Shown: one piece after another, positions 24,783-37,364 of the stretch | How positions within the stretch are numbered: the first letter of the stretch is position 1 | How the letters are laid out: each line of letters starts with the position of its first letter | Assembly: GCF_001194135.2 (NCBI RefSeq) | Contig: NC_068999.1 | Span: 13,439,166 to 13,487,846 of the forward strand | DNA from: Octopus bimaculoides | Lineage: Eukaryota | Direction: 5' to 3' | DNA length: 48,681 nucleotides | Position numbers and translations under genes: made by a program | The notes under the pieces: model-generated | Databases searched by the model: none | What the model saw: only the letters and a program-made list of their open reading frames with translations | What the model was told of the DNA's origin: nothing

Positions 24783-25419
24783 ACCCTAATGCTAAATTGG
24801 TATCTACTTTATCAATCCCGAAATAATGTACATCAAAGTTATCAATGGCGGAACCTGAGCTTAGAACGTCAAATACCAAATGCCACTAAGCATTATGCTA
24901 AGATTGCTAGCGATACCGCCAACTTGTATGCAAAAAGTATAGGCAGTTAGATGAATATCGAAAAATACTGTATAGACCATTGGGGAAGATGTTTCGTACA
25001 GTGAATTTTTGTTGTGCAGATGCTTTCGTTTGTCAATTTTCCAGATATATGTTCTGTGTTCGTAACGTAGGCAAACATCTGATTTTGGAATAATTTATTC
25101 GGTGTCCTTTTCTTCTTTCGGATTTAGAATTCTGAGAAAGTAATCTTGTTTTGCCTTTCATAGTGAATAACCTCTGTCTTTTCATGTTATAAAAGAAGGG
25201 AATATTTAAAAATTTCCATTCGCGCATATACCTAGATTTTAATACAAATTTCTCCATGTAGTCTACTTGTAAGGATGGATCAGCGTATTTTGACATCAGT
25301 TGTGTGTGAGATACGGACTGTCAACGAAGCGTAGCGTAGATATTACAAGTCATACAGGCATAGAAATACTATACGTATATTCCTGCATTTTCTTCTCCTA
25401 AATATTACATCTTATTCGA

Positions 25420-25624
25420 AGTCGGCTTACTAGCGGATTCGTTAGCACACCTTGCGACATTTCGTAAATTTTACGTTCTGGGAACAAATTCTTGTAAGGT
25501 CGACCTTGCCTTTCACCCTTTCTGAGTTGATAAAGTAAGTAACTGTAAAACACTCGGATCGATGTAATCGATTTATCCCCTCACCGATATAGCTGGCCTT
25601 GTTCCGAAATTGGAAATCATTATT
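25420..25624 (+). mobile_element. tRNA-derived SINE (octopus OR-like family)
   Basis: GGCTTACTAGCGGATTCGTTAGCACAC…TTACGTTCTGGGAACAAATTC…AGGTCGACCTTGCCTTTCACCCTTTC…GATAAAGTAAGTA…GATCGATGTAATCGATTTATCCCC…TTGGAAATCATTATT. Confidence 0.8.
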
Positions 25625-25981
25625 TGATATTATTCTAAAATAATACTTTCTACTTTACGTCCTGGTTTCTATCCGGTGAGCAACTGGTTTAATAGCAGTT
25701 CAATTGAACTCATTAACAGTATATTTAAGCTTATCAGTTGATTAAAGTATATTAATATAGTTTGCGTTTGTTGATCATAGCGAATCGGATCATTACTACA
25801 ATATTCAGGTGCTTAAATTTGTCACCGATTTTATTTTATTTATTTTATCATTTTATTTTATTAATTTTTGAAAATTCCCCTGTGGTCAACTTAAAGTCAA
25901 TATCTTTTAAATCCTTTGAGTTAGATCTTCTCTTGTTTTAAATTTGTTTTAAACTCCCTACTTTCATAAAGATGTGAATGA

Positions 25982-26014
25982 AGTGTATCTACACACGCCG
26001 TGTGTAGATACACT
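25982..26014. repeat. Perfect 15-bp inverted repeat (hairpin/cruciform) with a GCC loop
   Basis: AGTGTATCTACACAC-GCC-GTGTGTAGATACACT. Confidence 0.95.
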
Positions 26015-28069
26015 CTATTAAAATTTGTTCAATGCATAGGAAATGATATCCAATGTTTCGTACCTATGCGTGTGAGTTGTACTTTTTAACTATTTTCAGA
26101 GACAGTCTTTATTGATAATCCTCCAAAAGAAGCATACCATAATGCGACATATCAGTACAATGAGAAAAATAATAATTCAATTTGATTCGAGGGATTTAGA
26201 AACGGTGAGATTACTTATTGAGGTAGGAGCTAATCAGAACCGCTAAGTTCACATTTTAAACTAATTCATTATGTGCTTTGAAGAATGAGGAGTGGTTATA
26301 ATCTAATGAAAAAAAATGTGTATTTGCTTTATACAAATACACACACACACACACATACACAAAGAAAGAAAGAAGCCAGCTTTCTGGCCGTGGGCTCCAA
26401 AACAGTTGCGGCTGCGTAAGCCGGAGGATTCTACAGGCAATGCTTCTTGAATTAATTATGTCAAAACAAAAGATAGTGAACATAATGATGCCATTCATAA
26501 ACATTTCTTAACAGACTAAGGTGAGCAGTTTTCATTTTCCCTTACACAAAAGAGCTGACGTATTTTTTTCCTTTTTTTCTTGTAGTCTATAAAAGTGAAT
26601 TCCAGTGTCATACACGGCGAATGAAATACAGTTAATATGTCCCACTGATAAATTCTATTCAGTGGACGAACTGCATAACCATGGAATACTTTTCATTTAT
26701 CCGATTCCTGAACTTCCTTGAATAATGGATATAGTGAGAGCATGTATTGAATGCGATATGGGATATTGAAGTTTTGAAGCGAAATCTCTTCATACACACA
26801 CACATTAATACTGGGACATTCACATAGACACACATATATGCACGCGGTGACAATACATGCACATCTGTTTCTGAAATGTATTGTTCCATTGTTAATTTGA
26901 AATGTCAATACACAATGCGAATTTGTCTATGTCAGTAACATATAGAGAAAATATGTCAGCAATATTTATTACAGTTCAAACGGTCATGCGTGTTGTGTTT
27001 CTTCTATTTCCTTTATGTATAGAGAAGGAATATACGTATAGTGTTTCAATGCTTCTATGCCTTGTTATATGTACACTACGCTTCGTTGACAGTCCGTATA
27101 TTACACACCACTAATGTCAATTGTACATTGATCCATTCTTAGAAGTAGACTACATGGAAAAATTTGTTCTCTAAGACAAATCGTGCGGTGAAAACAGCTC
27201 CCACTATGTGAACATGATCATCATAAAAATAAGCGTGCACAATATGGATTGACACTTGAGTGCTCCGTTTTGTTATACTGAATTAATTCTCGTTTAGCAA
27301 ACCTTAGCAGACAAAAATAAGTTTTGTCTGTTGTGGTTAAGGAAGTTAGAAACACTCGAGTCGTATTCGAACTTCCAAAAAAACCACAGACGTTTTCAAT
27401 CATAAACTAAGGAAAATTCATGTCTGTTTGTCGGATAATGTGGAATCATTCTTTGTTGGTTATTAGAATTAGATATGTCGCATCAAATGTCACTTATATT
27501 CCAAGAGGCGAAAACATTTGGGTACACATATGCACAGCATATTTTGATGCATCAGTGCATCTGGAGATTATGGGGAGACATACACATGACGTGTGGGTAC
27601 AATTCGATGGCTGATTAGTACAGTATTAATTAGAATTCCACATAGATTATAATTATATAAATCACTTCCATTGTAGTAATCAGTGGACCAGTGTTTATCT
27701 TGATTATCCGGTATGCGCATGTTTATGTGTTATTGTTTGAATATATATATATATATATANNNNNNNNNNNNNNNNNNNNNNNNNNNNNNNNNNNNNNNNN
27801 NNNNNNNNNNNNNNNNNNNNNNNNNNNNNNNNNNNNNNNNNNNNNNNNNNNNNNNNNNNNNNNNNNNNNNNNNNNNNNNNNNNNNNNNNNNNNNNNNNNN
27901 NNNNNNNNNNNNNNNNNNNNNNNNNNNNNNNNNNNNNNNNNNNNNNNNNNNNNNNNNNNNNNNNNNNNNNNNNNNNNNNNNNNNNNNNNNNNNNNNNNNN
28001 NNNNNNNNNNNATATATGCATGTCTGTGTCTGTGGGTGAATATATACGCGTATCTACTTATATAGTTAT

Positions 28070-28080
28070 ATATTATTACT

Positions 28081-28136
<56 letters not shown>

Positions 28137-28207
28137 TGTTATCATCATCCTCATCATCATCATCATCATCAGCATCATCATCGTCATCATCATCATCATC
28201 GTCGTCG

Positions 28208-28238
<31 letters not shown>

Positions 28239-28310
28239 TATTATCATCATCACCATCATCATCATCATCATCATCATCATCAGCATTATTATTATTATGA
28301 TTATTATTAT
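28070..28310. repeat. (CAT)n microsatellite flanked by (ATT)n
   Basis: Directly visible; produces the poly-His and poly-Met ORFs. Confidence 0.97.
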
Positions 28311-29175
28311 TTTTTTCTCGTTACACGTTATCATAAGTTTTGTTGGAGCTCCTGAGGCCCTGCATTCGTAGAGAGCTTGCGTAACTGCTGCCTACGTTAG
28401 CATGCGCTTCCTTCTTTTCAGCTATCTAGCACTTTACTGATTAATTTGGCCTTGACAAGGAGGCAACATTTTTGTAACAGTTCTACTGGGCCCTTTATTA
28501 CAATTTCCTTTGCATCCCTCTTCATGCCTTCTGATACTGTTCGCAAAGACACAAAAATAATTTGCACTATCTCCTCATTTTTTTCATTTTCCATAACCGT
28601 TCTATTTCGTACTTAAAACGTGTTTGTATCAATCTATCTTTCCGTCTTCCTTCTTGAATATTCGTGGGCCAATGGGACATGCTACATCAACTATATGTGG
28701 TGCACCTTGTCTCCCACCACTAGGTCCTTTCTGTTATGCTCTAGCGCCTGATATGTCTGGACGGGAAAATCAAAGACAATTTTGCTAGTCTATGACTGTT
28801 TCAAAGTATGCACTCTCTGCTCATAGCACGTCTTGGCTCTCTGTAGCGCCCACTTTTTGCACAGTTTCCAATGTAGCACTTTCGTTACCTGGTCGTGCCG
28901 CCACAACTTGTGGTTTCATCCACTCTATTGCAGATGTGACACAGCGGAGGCACTTGGTCATTCCAAATGTTGACCATACAGTACCTGTTCAAAGCTTGGC
29001 CCTGCACTGCTAGTACAATGCTTTTTGTCTCTTTTTCTTAGGGTTCCTTTTATCACTCCTATGTTTTTTAGAACTTCTGTTTTGGCTACATGGAATTCAT
29101 TGTGTACTCGCTTGTTGTGTAATTCTTATTCATGTACTTTTTGTACTTTTTCCTTTGTTTTCCCCATGTTTCTGC
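28311..29175 (-). mobile_element. R4/Dong-clade non-LTR retrotransposon 3' part (zinc-knuckle and restriction-like endonuclease relic plus 3'UTR)
   Basis: Minus strand: KETKSIVLAVQGQAL…PLCHICNRVDETTSC / RHDQVTKVLHWKLCKK…KIVFDFPVQTYQALEHNRKDLVVGDK / IVDVACP…KEDGKID*YK / KYEIERLWKMKK…LLQKCCLLVKAKLISKVLDS* (stop at 28418-28420). The 3'UTR ends in GAGAAAAAAA followed by (TAA)n. Confidence 0.85.
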
Positions 29176-29379
29176 TCTCAATTAACCCTCCTTCCTAACT
29201 ATCACATACATGGTTTCCTTACTTTGATCTAGGTACCTCTTTAAGCTGTCGAGTTCGATACCTACGCTTATAAGTCTCCTTCCTCTATTTGTTCTCTTAA
29301 TGTACAGACGATCAGCGTCTGCACGTAGATGATGGCCTCCATACATATTTAGGAACTTTTTAATTTAGGTCCTCCTCTG

Positions 29380-30075
29380 CCCCACAGAACCCATCTCCAG
29401 ATATGTTGACCATGTCCTTCCCACCTAGTGGTTTCCCTCCCCTCTGACATCCATGACACCGACCATGCGCTTCGTTTGTTCAACCCTTTTTCCTTCCCAC
29501 CTGGGCCCTCTGAACTTCTCTTCACCCTCCACATCCAGAGCCTTTACACGGTGATTCCTCAACACGAGGGGTTGCGTGCACTCCAACATTTCCTTGACCT
29601 TTGACCCAACCCCCAACCCAACAGATCCACATTTGTTCGCCTGGCCGAACGTGTCCTCTCACTCAACTGCTTCTCGCTTGCTGGTGACCATGAGAACGAG
29701 AATGGGCCCCTAACATGCTAACCTGTTAGTTGGCTAAGTTGAGGCCCATATATTCTCAAGTTTCACTGGTCCCACTCCCGAACTATATGGCTGTTTTATT
29801 GACAATTTTATCGGTGCGACGTCACTCTCCCGCAAACATCTACACTTCTTCCTCTCTTTTCTCAAATCTTTCAATCCTACTCTCCGTTTCTCCTGCACCA
29901 TCTCTGACACCTCTGTCTCTTTTATTGACATTTCGGTCAGCATTCATCACTCCACTCACACCACCTCCATCCACTACAAGCACACAGATTCACATTCATA
30001 CTTCAACTTCTCCTCCTCCCACCCTAAACACACCAAGCTCTCAGTCCCTAGTCCCAATTCCTCATGGGCTATAGT
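29380..30075 (+). mobile_element. Penelope-like element reverse transcriptase relic
   Basis: LLFTLHIQSLYTVIPQHEGLRALQHFLD…TFVRLAERVLSLNCFS…GPTPELYGCFIDNFIGATS…FLKSFNPTLRFSCTISDTSVSFIDISVSI…TSIHYKHTDSHSYFNFSSSHPKHTK matches PLE RT motifs (LFT.D+.SLYT.IP..EG; RY+DD; P.L.FT; FLD+; YKPTDSHSYL.+.SSHP). Contains stops, frameshifts and a degraded YIDD. Confidence 0.85.
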
Positions 30076-31805
30076 TACCGCCCCTTTTCATCTAACTCTC
30101 CTCTTCTCTCCCCCTCACCTCTACTTCCTCCCACCCACCTCTCATCTCTTGCTCCGGTACACACGTCGCTAGGATACTGCTTCCAAGGTTGTACTCGCTA
30201 CAACCTTCGTAGCAGTAACCCAGTAACCCTGCTGATCATGGTTCAGCCGAGTTACATCTTTTAAAAATGTTAGACCCGTAAGTGTGAATTCAAAGATTAA
30301 ACGTCTCGTTATGAATACCACTCAACACGAACACCAAATTTATATGTCGTTATGTTGACAGCACACAACGCGTAATTTTCTCAGGTGAATTTTAACGTTG
30401 TTTATTATTATTGCAATATGCGCTTTAACTGTTGCTTTGTCACCACTGTTATTATTTTTCCATCTGTTCTTGTTTCTGTTAATGATGCTACCGTTAATTT
30501 GGAGTTGGTTTCGTAAGTGATATGGCTACTGTTGTATTTGATTAAGTTTACGTTGTGTTTTCTCTTGTTAAAATTCATGTTTTTTTCTTCGTATTATTTT
30601 TATTCTACCTGTCGTAATAGCTATGTTTTGTCCATCATAGCAAGCTTCTCTATTCTGAGGTGAATTACGTTCCTTTTAGCCCACGTGTGGAATTATATCT
30701 CTTTTGCTACGCCCGCCACCGTAAGCGTTGTAAGATACTTATGCATAATGAGCATCTAAAGCTTGTTAAATGAAGTAATACAAACAAACTTTCCGCCAAT
30801 CAGATGGGATGGGTATGGCTTGCAGTTTAGAAGGCGGTATGCATCTAATAAGGCAACGATTACTTATTCAACAGTTGGCATCATGACTAGTAACACAGAT
30901 TTTGAAGAAAAAAATATCTTCAGATATGTTACTATTCAAACTATTAGAACTTCTGGAAGTAATTATTGTATTTTCGAAATTTATTCAACACCAGCAATTT
31001 CAAGAGCAGGTAGGTCACATGATTATATTGGCCGCAGTACTTGCTTGGTACTTATCTCTTTGAGCCCAAAATAATAACGGGTGAAGATGACTTCAGAATA
31101 ATCCAAACTTAAAATGTAAAGGTAGACGAAACACTGCTAAGAATTTTACTACCAATTTTCCCAGATCGCCGGTGCAGTAATAATGAAGATTATGATGATG
31201 ATGGGTGAGACAGTAATCACAGTGATGGACCTCACTGATATTCGGATCTCTCCTACATTGCCATTAGACAGTTCGTCCAATTCCTCTACATTAAATTGTT
31301 CCTAGTAGCTCTCTTTAACATCAGCGTTTAAGCACGGAATTGTCCCCCCAGGATTTCAATAAGCCTGTTATAGTAGTGCTCCATTTGTTTTAAATGAATG
31401 CTCAGTTATTTTCTCCAGTGTGGCACGGAAGTCTCACTGGGATCATCGTCTAGTCCTCATTACAGGAAATGTCCCTATGTGTATATATAATATAATATAA
31501 TATATATGTTTATGTATATATATNNNNNNNNNNNNNNNNNNNNNNNNNNNNNNNNNNNNNNNNNNNNNNNNNNNNNNNNNNNNNNNNNNNNNNNNNNNNN
31601 NNNNNNNNNNNNNNNNNNNNNNNNNNNNNNNNNNNNNNNNNNNNNNNNNNNNNNNNNNNNNNNNNNNNNNNNNNNNNNNNNNNNNNNNNNNNNNNNNNNN
31701 NNNNNNNNNNNNNNNNNNNNNNNNNNNNNNNNNNNNNNNNNNNNNNNNNNNNNNNNNNNNNNNNNATATAATCGCAACAACATCTACTTTTCAATCAAAT
31801 CTATT

Positions 31806-32985
31806 TTAAAGACACGGACCGCCTTTGGCAGTACTTACAATGTATGGACTCGTACAACGCTTAAATTGTTTCCAAAGGAATTTTTTTCCATTCTTCAGCT
31901 AAAACAGTCTCCAGTTCTTGTAGTGGTGATGGTGGAATGTAACAACTCCTCAGTTCTTTATTCTAAAATACACAATAAATGTTCAATAATATTGAGGTCT
32001 AGGGTCGGTGGTAGCCTGATAAGATGTTCAACTTCGCTAGAATGTTCCTCGTGCCATTCAGTAACAATTTTAACTATGTGAATTTGTGCATTATCATCCT
32101 GAAAGATAGCTTTTCCCACCGGAAACTGTTCCGCTAACATAGGATGGATCTGATCAGATAAAATGCTTACATACTCTTCTCTATAAATTCTGCCATGAAG
32201 CGATCACCATTGGGCCGGTGAATTTCCAAGATATACAGGGCCAGATCTTCACAGATCCTCTTCCATGTTTTATAATTGCAAGAAAGCAGTCTGTGTTAAA
32301 TGCATCTTTTACCTGTCGTTTTACTTGTACTCGGCCGCTGATGGGAAATACGGTAAAGAATGACTCGTCCGAGAAAATAACATTCTTCCACTGCTCTAGG
32401 GACCAATTCTGTAGATTTTTATCTCACTCTAAACGCTTTGTAACTTTTGGTGTTGTAAGTAATGGTTTTCTCATTGCAGCTCTCCCGTGAAATCAATCCG
32501 GCTTCGTGCTGCTCCTGGCGAACAGTTTTTTGTGGAACTTAGATTTCGAGGTGGTAATTAAGATCTGTAGTAATTTTTAGAGCTGACCTTTTCTGATCCT
32601 TTCTAACAATCTGAAAGCTTTGGTTTTGTCCCGGTGGTTTGCTTCGACGAGGATGATGTCCTTCTTTCTCAACACTGTCATTACGTTCGAGACAGTACTT
32701 CTTGATACGCCAAATATTTCGTCTGTTTTCGTTACGCTAGCACTTGCCATACAAAAACCAACAATTTGAACTCTTTGAAAGTCTGATAGATCTGTCATTT
32801 TAATGAATTTTAATTACATTTTCTGATGATACCTGAAATGAAACAGGAAGTTGAGTAAAATGTATTCAGCAACACTAATAATAAATCCCAAAACATAAAA
32901 ACAAACAAGATGTCCACGGTTTTATAGATATTTCAAATTATGCTGGCATGATGCTACGTGTTTCTATTATTATGCCCAGCCCCTG
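31806..32985 (-). mobile_element. Tc1-family DNA transposon, near full length, pseudogenised transposase (31806-32798)
   Basis: N-terminus MTDLSDFQRVQIVGFCMASASVTKTDEIFGVSRSTVSNVM; catalytic region IFQDDNAQIH…WHEEH…HL…LDLNIIEHL..ILE; C-terminus LQELETVLAEEWKKIPLETI…AKGGPCL*. The 5' TIR begins TA|CAGGGGCTGGGCATAATAATAGAAACAC at 32985. No right TIR was found before the N-gap at 31524-31765. Confidence 0.9.
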
Positions 32986-33682
32986 TATATATATATATAT
33001 ATNNNNNNNNNNNNNNNNNNNNNNNNNNNNNNNNNNNNNNNNNNNNNNNNNNNNNNNNNNNNNNNNNNNNNNNNNNNNNNNNNNNNNNNNNNNNNNNNNN
33101 NNNNNNNNNNNNNNNNNNNNNNNNNNNNNNNNNNNNNNNNNNNNNNNNNNNNNNNNNNNNNNNNNNNNNNNNNNNNNNNNNNNNNNNNNNNNNNNNNNNN
33201 NNNNNNNNNNNNNNNNNNNNNNNNNNNNNNNNNNNNNNNNNNNNNNNNNNNNNNNNNNNNNNNNNNNNNNNNNNNNNNNNNNNNNNNNNNNNNNNNNNNN
33301 NNNNNNNNNNNNNNNNNNNNNNNNNNNNNNNNNNNNNNNNNNNNNNNNNNNNNNNNNNNNNNNNNNNNNNNNNNNNNNNNNNNNNNNNNNNNNNNNNNNN
33401 NNNNNNNNNNNNNNNNNNNNNNNNNNNNNNNNNNNNNNNNNNNNNNNNNNNNNNNNNNNNNNNNNNNNNNNNNNNNNNNNNNNNNNNNNNNNNNNNNNNN
33501 NNNNNNNNNNNNNNNNNNNNNNNNNNNNNNNNNNNNNNNNNNNNNNNNNNNNNNNNNNNNNNNNNNNNNNNNNNNNNNNNNNNNNNNNNNNNNNNNNNNN
33601 NNNNNNNNNNNNNNNNNNNNNNNNNNNNNNNNNNNNNNNNNNNNNNNNNNNNNNNNNNNNNNNNNNNNNNNNNATATATATA

Positions 33683-33800
33683 CTTTCAGTTTCCGTATGC
33701 TAAGTCCACTCACAATGTACTGGCCGGCCCGAGGCTACAGTTAATGACATTTGACAAAGGTTCCAACCTGAAACGTATTGTTGAGGAGTAAGCAACGCTA
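33683..33800 (-). mobile_element. tRNA-derived SINE (OK-like) fragment
   Basis: CTTTCAGTTTCCGTATGCTAAGTCCACTCACAATGTACTGGCCGGCCCGAGGCTACAG is homologous to 19058-19140. Confidence 0.7.
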
Positions 33801-34410
33801 GAAAAATTATGCTGTAATGAATAGCAGGTCTAGAGGGCTCAGAATATGTCAAGAGTAGATGCTATCTATGTGGAAAAATACAATTAAAATAGTGCTTCTA
33901 TTTTCTAAAACTAACGAAATCCGACGCCCTTACACTCTCATGGTTGACGCATGGTAACCAAACAGCACCCAAAAAAGAAATTATTTTAGTTCACTTGTTG
34001 GAGAATACAATTATATTATATTCCTTTTATTTCAGTCTTGTTCTAGTATTACCGCAGTAAAACTAATTCTGTGCGCCAACATCACATTTGTAATTAACGA
34101 TATCCACAATTAGGTTGATGATGATAATGATATACACGTCCAGAAAAAGATCTTGTGTAGTTAAAGTCGTATGTGATGACAATTTAAGGTGACAATTGCT
34201 ATATAAAGAAAATAATGGTATTAGAAACAGTCATAAAATAAAACGTCGATATTGATAATGTTGCTATTATATACTTAGATAATGGGATTTAACATTGAAT
34301 ATACTCCACACTTCATGTTTCTCCACCACAAACTCTCTCTGTCTCTCAGTGTCCCTTTGTCTCCTTGAATGTGTGTGTGTATGTGTGTCTGCACGCATAT
34401 ATATATATAT

Positions 34411-34442
<32 letters not shown>

Positions 34443-34493
34443 NNNNNNNNNNNNNNNNNNNNNNNNNNNNNNNNNNNNNNNNNNNNNNNNNNN

Positions 34494-34565
<72 letters not shown>

Positions 34566-35837
34566 TATGTTATCTATATAACTCTTGAAGTAATGGTGAA
34601 ATATGTATATACATTCGTATGTGTCAAAGTCATCTCTGCGCATTTAATGCTAAATTGGATTTGTTCTGAGGTACCAGTTTTTTTATGTTTTGTTTTGCTA
34701 TCACACTTGCCATTTCTTCTATAAATACTTCCTTTTATTCTCGTATAACACTGCATCAATCCAATGTTTCTGGATATTACGTAAAGAAGCGCGACTGATA
34801 TGTGCATTAACGATAATGGTAATTTGTCTCTACTTAAAGGAAAGAGCAAATTCAATCAATATCTTTGCTACTACAACTTATAATATCTAAGGAGTGAACT
34901 CTCTGATTCTATGTGAATGTTTCTAATCCATGGAGTGCAGTAAAGAGTAAAGCTAAACTGGCGGACGGGGTATTGTATAATACTTAAATTTAAGCTTTAA
35001 AATTGTAGAATTCTACTAAGGTATTCTATTTAAATGATAAGATATTTGTATCATAGCATAAATCATTCAAATCCACACATGGCATATCTTGTCAACAATA
35101 ATCAAAACCACATGGGCTAATAATACAGCGTGTACGAATATCATTTGATTTATGCATACACCTAATAGAAATATTCGGAATCTAGAAAATGTTGAATAGT
35201 TAGTGTTATTACTACGACAATGATGAAACCTTTAATATGCTTCATAATCGATTTCTATAGAAGAACTATCCTCGATATGGCGTAAAATTTTACACTATTG
35301 TTCTAAAGTTTGAAAGCACACTATGTACACCATATATATATATAAGGCATTAATACATATCCATACGTAGGTGTATTGCTGACACCTGAAAATCTTTGAG
35401 CCATATGCACACTGAAGGTAAAGAAATACGCGGTAAAACTCCAACCGACATTTTCATATATTTAAATATATATTTATTGCCAATCTTCATAGAAAAATTA
35501 ATTGACTTATGACTTTATATAAATATTGAGTGAGAATTTGTAACTCTAAATAATATCTAAAAGGTTTACAATTGTAAAAACCAATATTTCATTGAATCCC
35601 GATGCCACTTTTAGATGTGTTCCGGGGATGAAACGTACTAATCTCTTGTAATACGTTTTTTCTGCTCTAAATCTCTGTTTTGTGTAAGCCTACTGAATAA
35701 ATATTCGTCTGTATTTACTCTTGCACGTATTGAGAAACAATGATGAAATATGCATAAAGCTTCTAAATTGTAAATATATATCTATGTCCGTAGGTTTCAT
35801 TTGTAGGTTCTCAACATTTTACTCATCTTATAAGTTT

Positions 35838-36146
35838 GAAGATGTTTGTCTCGGTGATTAGAGTATTTGTCTCACGATAGTATAGTTGTCACTTCGATTC
35901 CCTACGACCCGTTGCGATATTGAGCACGAGGTATACTTTCGAGTAGCTCCAGCCCACTTACCAAACAAAAATGTGTACCATCTTTAGATCAAAGGACCGT
36001 GTCCCACATTGTATCACTGAAACTCCCTGAAAACTATATTAAGTATAAACCTTATATTTAATATAGTTCTCAAGTTAATGTAATGAGCAACTTGTTCTGT
36101 CGATCGGATCATCTAGTGCCCTCATAGTCGTAATCAGCGGGATCAC
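35838..36146 (+). mobile_element. tRNA-derived SINE (third family), decayed
   Basis: A-box-like TCGGTGATTAGAG, B-box-like ACTTCGATTCCC; body CCCTGAAAACTATATTAAG…GTTAATGTAATGAGCA…GATCGGATCA…GTCGTAA shared with 37365-37682. Confidence 0.65.
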
Positions 36147-37364
36147 AGCTTGGTGTGATAACGTTTTCTATTATCAGCTACTTATCAGGGTGTAATTATA
36201 CGAACGAGATACATAATGTTGTCGAAATTCTTCATAACATCAGGACCATTCTAAGAGGGTATAGCACATTTTTTATAAAGTCTTTGCATTTCCAATTCTG
36301 ACAATCTTCGAAAAATATATCATTGCTTATGTTGGTTTACTTTGTATAATTGTGAGCCACGTGTTTCACTTTGATTTGGAGTAATTGATTAACTATAGTA
36401 ATTGTTGCAATTAATTTTTCCTTTGAATACCTACATTGACACGTGAATATTTTGATGAGTATTTTAACCTGTTTGTAAATTTTGAAATAATATATAACAA
36501 CCTTAACACTGAAACAATGAAATAAATAACTTCAACCTGAATGAAGAAACATATATTAAGCCTCTGAATAAATGTATGTATTTCATATAATCCCTCATAG
36601 CAGTTCCGTATTCTATAGCATTAGTACGTAAGCACCAACGTACCTTTCATTGCCAATTTAACTCTCTGAATATTTGCATAACCTGTTCAGTCATTCAATG
36701 TTTTGTTTTTCATACAAGTAAAGCAAGAAACTGGTTTCCATCGAAAGCTATCAAAAGTAAAGAATACATTGTCAGTGGTAGAATTGGGTGCCTGTTCAAA
36801 CATACTAACACACAGAACGAAGCAATGGCACTCGTCATCATAGTATGAATCTGCGAAATAAACTTCTTATGACCAAGTATATACATTCTGCTATACTGAA
36901 TAAATAATCACAACTCTTAAAATATAAATTGTACGTTCCAAATCTACGGTGCATTTCCCTGGACAATATAGAACATCATCACTCGAAACATTTTCGAACT
37001 CTAAAAGAAAGACTTAGTGATACTGCAGGTCACCTTTTTTTATATCAATTTTAAAGGAGTCTCAGAAAATATCAGTTAGTCTGATGCCATTATTCACATA
37101 ATTTTGCAAATAAATATATGACAATATTATAGAACTCTAGCTAGCATGCAGTACACAACATATCCAAAAAATTTCTTCATATTGTTAGACATGGTATCAA
37201 TTACAATAGTGTAGAAACTATGGAAATGCTAATACGATATACATATGTGAAGATATTGATGTAGCATATGAATTCAAATAATGATATTTAAGTAACGTGT
37301 CAATAATTTAACGTGTAATTGACCAACGTCCATACAAATATGAATCAATATAACTATAGATAAC

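Larger units (their letters stand above)
25225..27190. mobile_element. ~2-kb segment bounded by ~180-bp inverted repeats (candidate non-autonomous DNA transposon)
   Basis: 25225-25405 (…CAAATTTCTCCATGTAGTCTACTTGTAAGGATGGATC…ATACGGACTGTCAACGAAGCGTAG…CTATACGTATATTCC) is the reverse complement, with scattered mismatches, of ~27010-27190. Confidence 0.65.

Noticed and set aside
30225-30260. CTGATCA-TGGTTCAGCC-GAGTTAC downstream of the PLE RT relic
   Set aside because: The position suits a PLE hammerhead, but G8 and the GAAA are lost; it cannot be called.
30763-31074. ORF with an FRYV motif suggestive of a PLE RT
   Set aside because: The flanking RT motifs are not recoverable; too weak to annotate.
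1494-34724. Long ORFs in the supplied track (e.g. 2917-3729, 10451-11332, 32958-33791, 27723-28334)
   Set aside because: They stay open only because they run through N-gaps and (TA)n/(CA)n/(CAT)n microsatellites; they are not real proteins.
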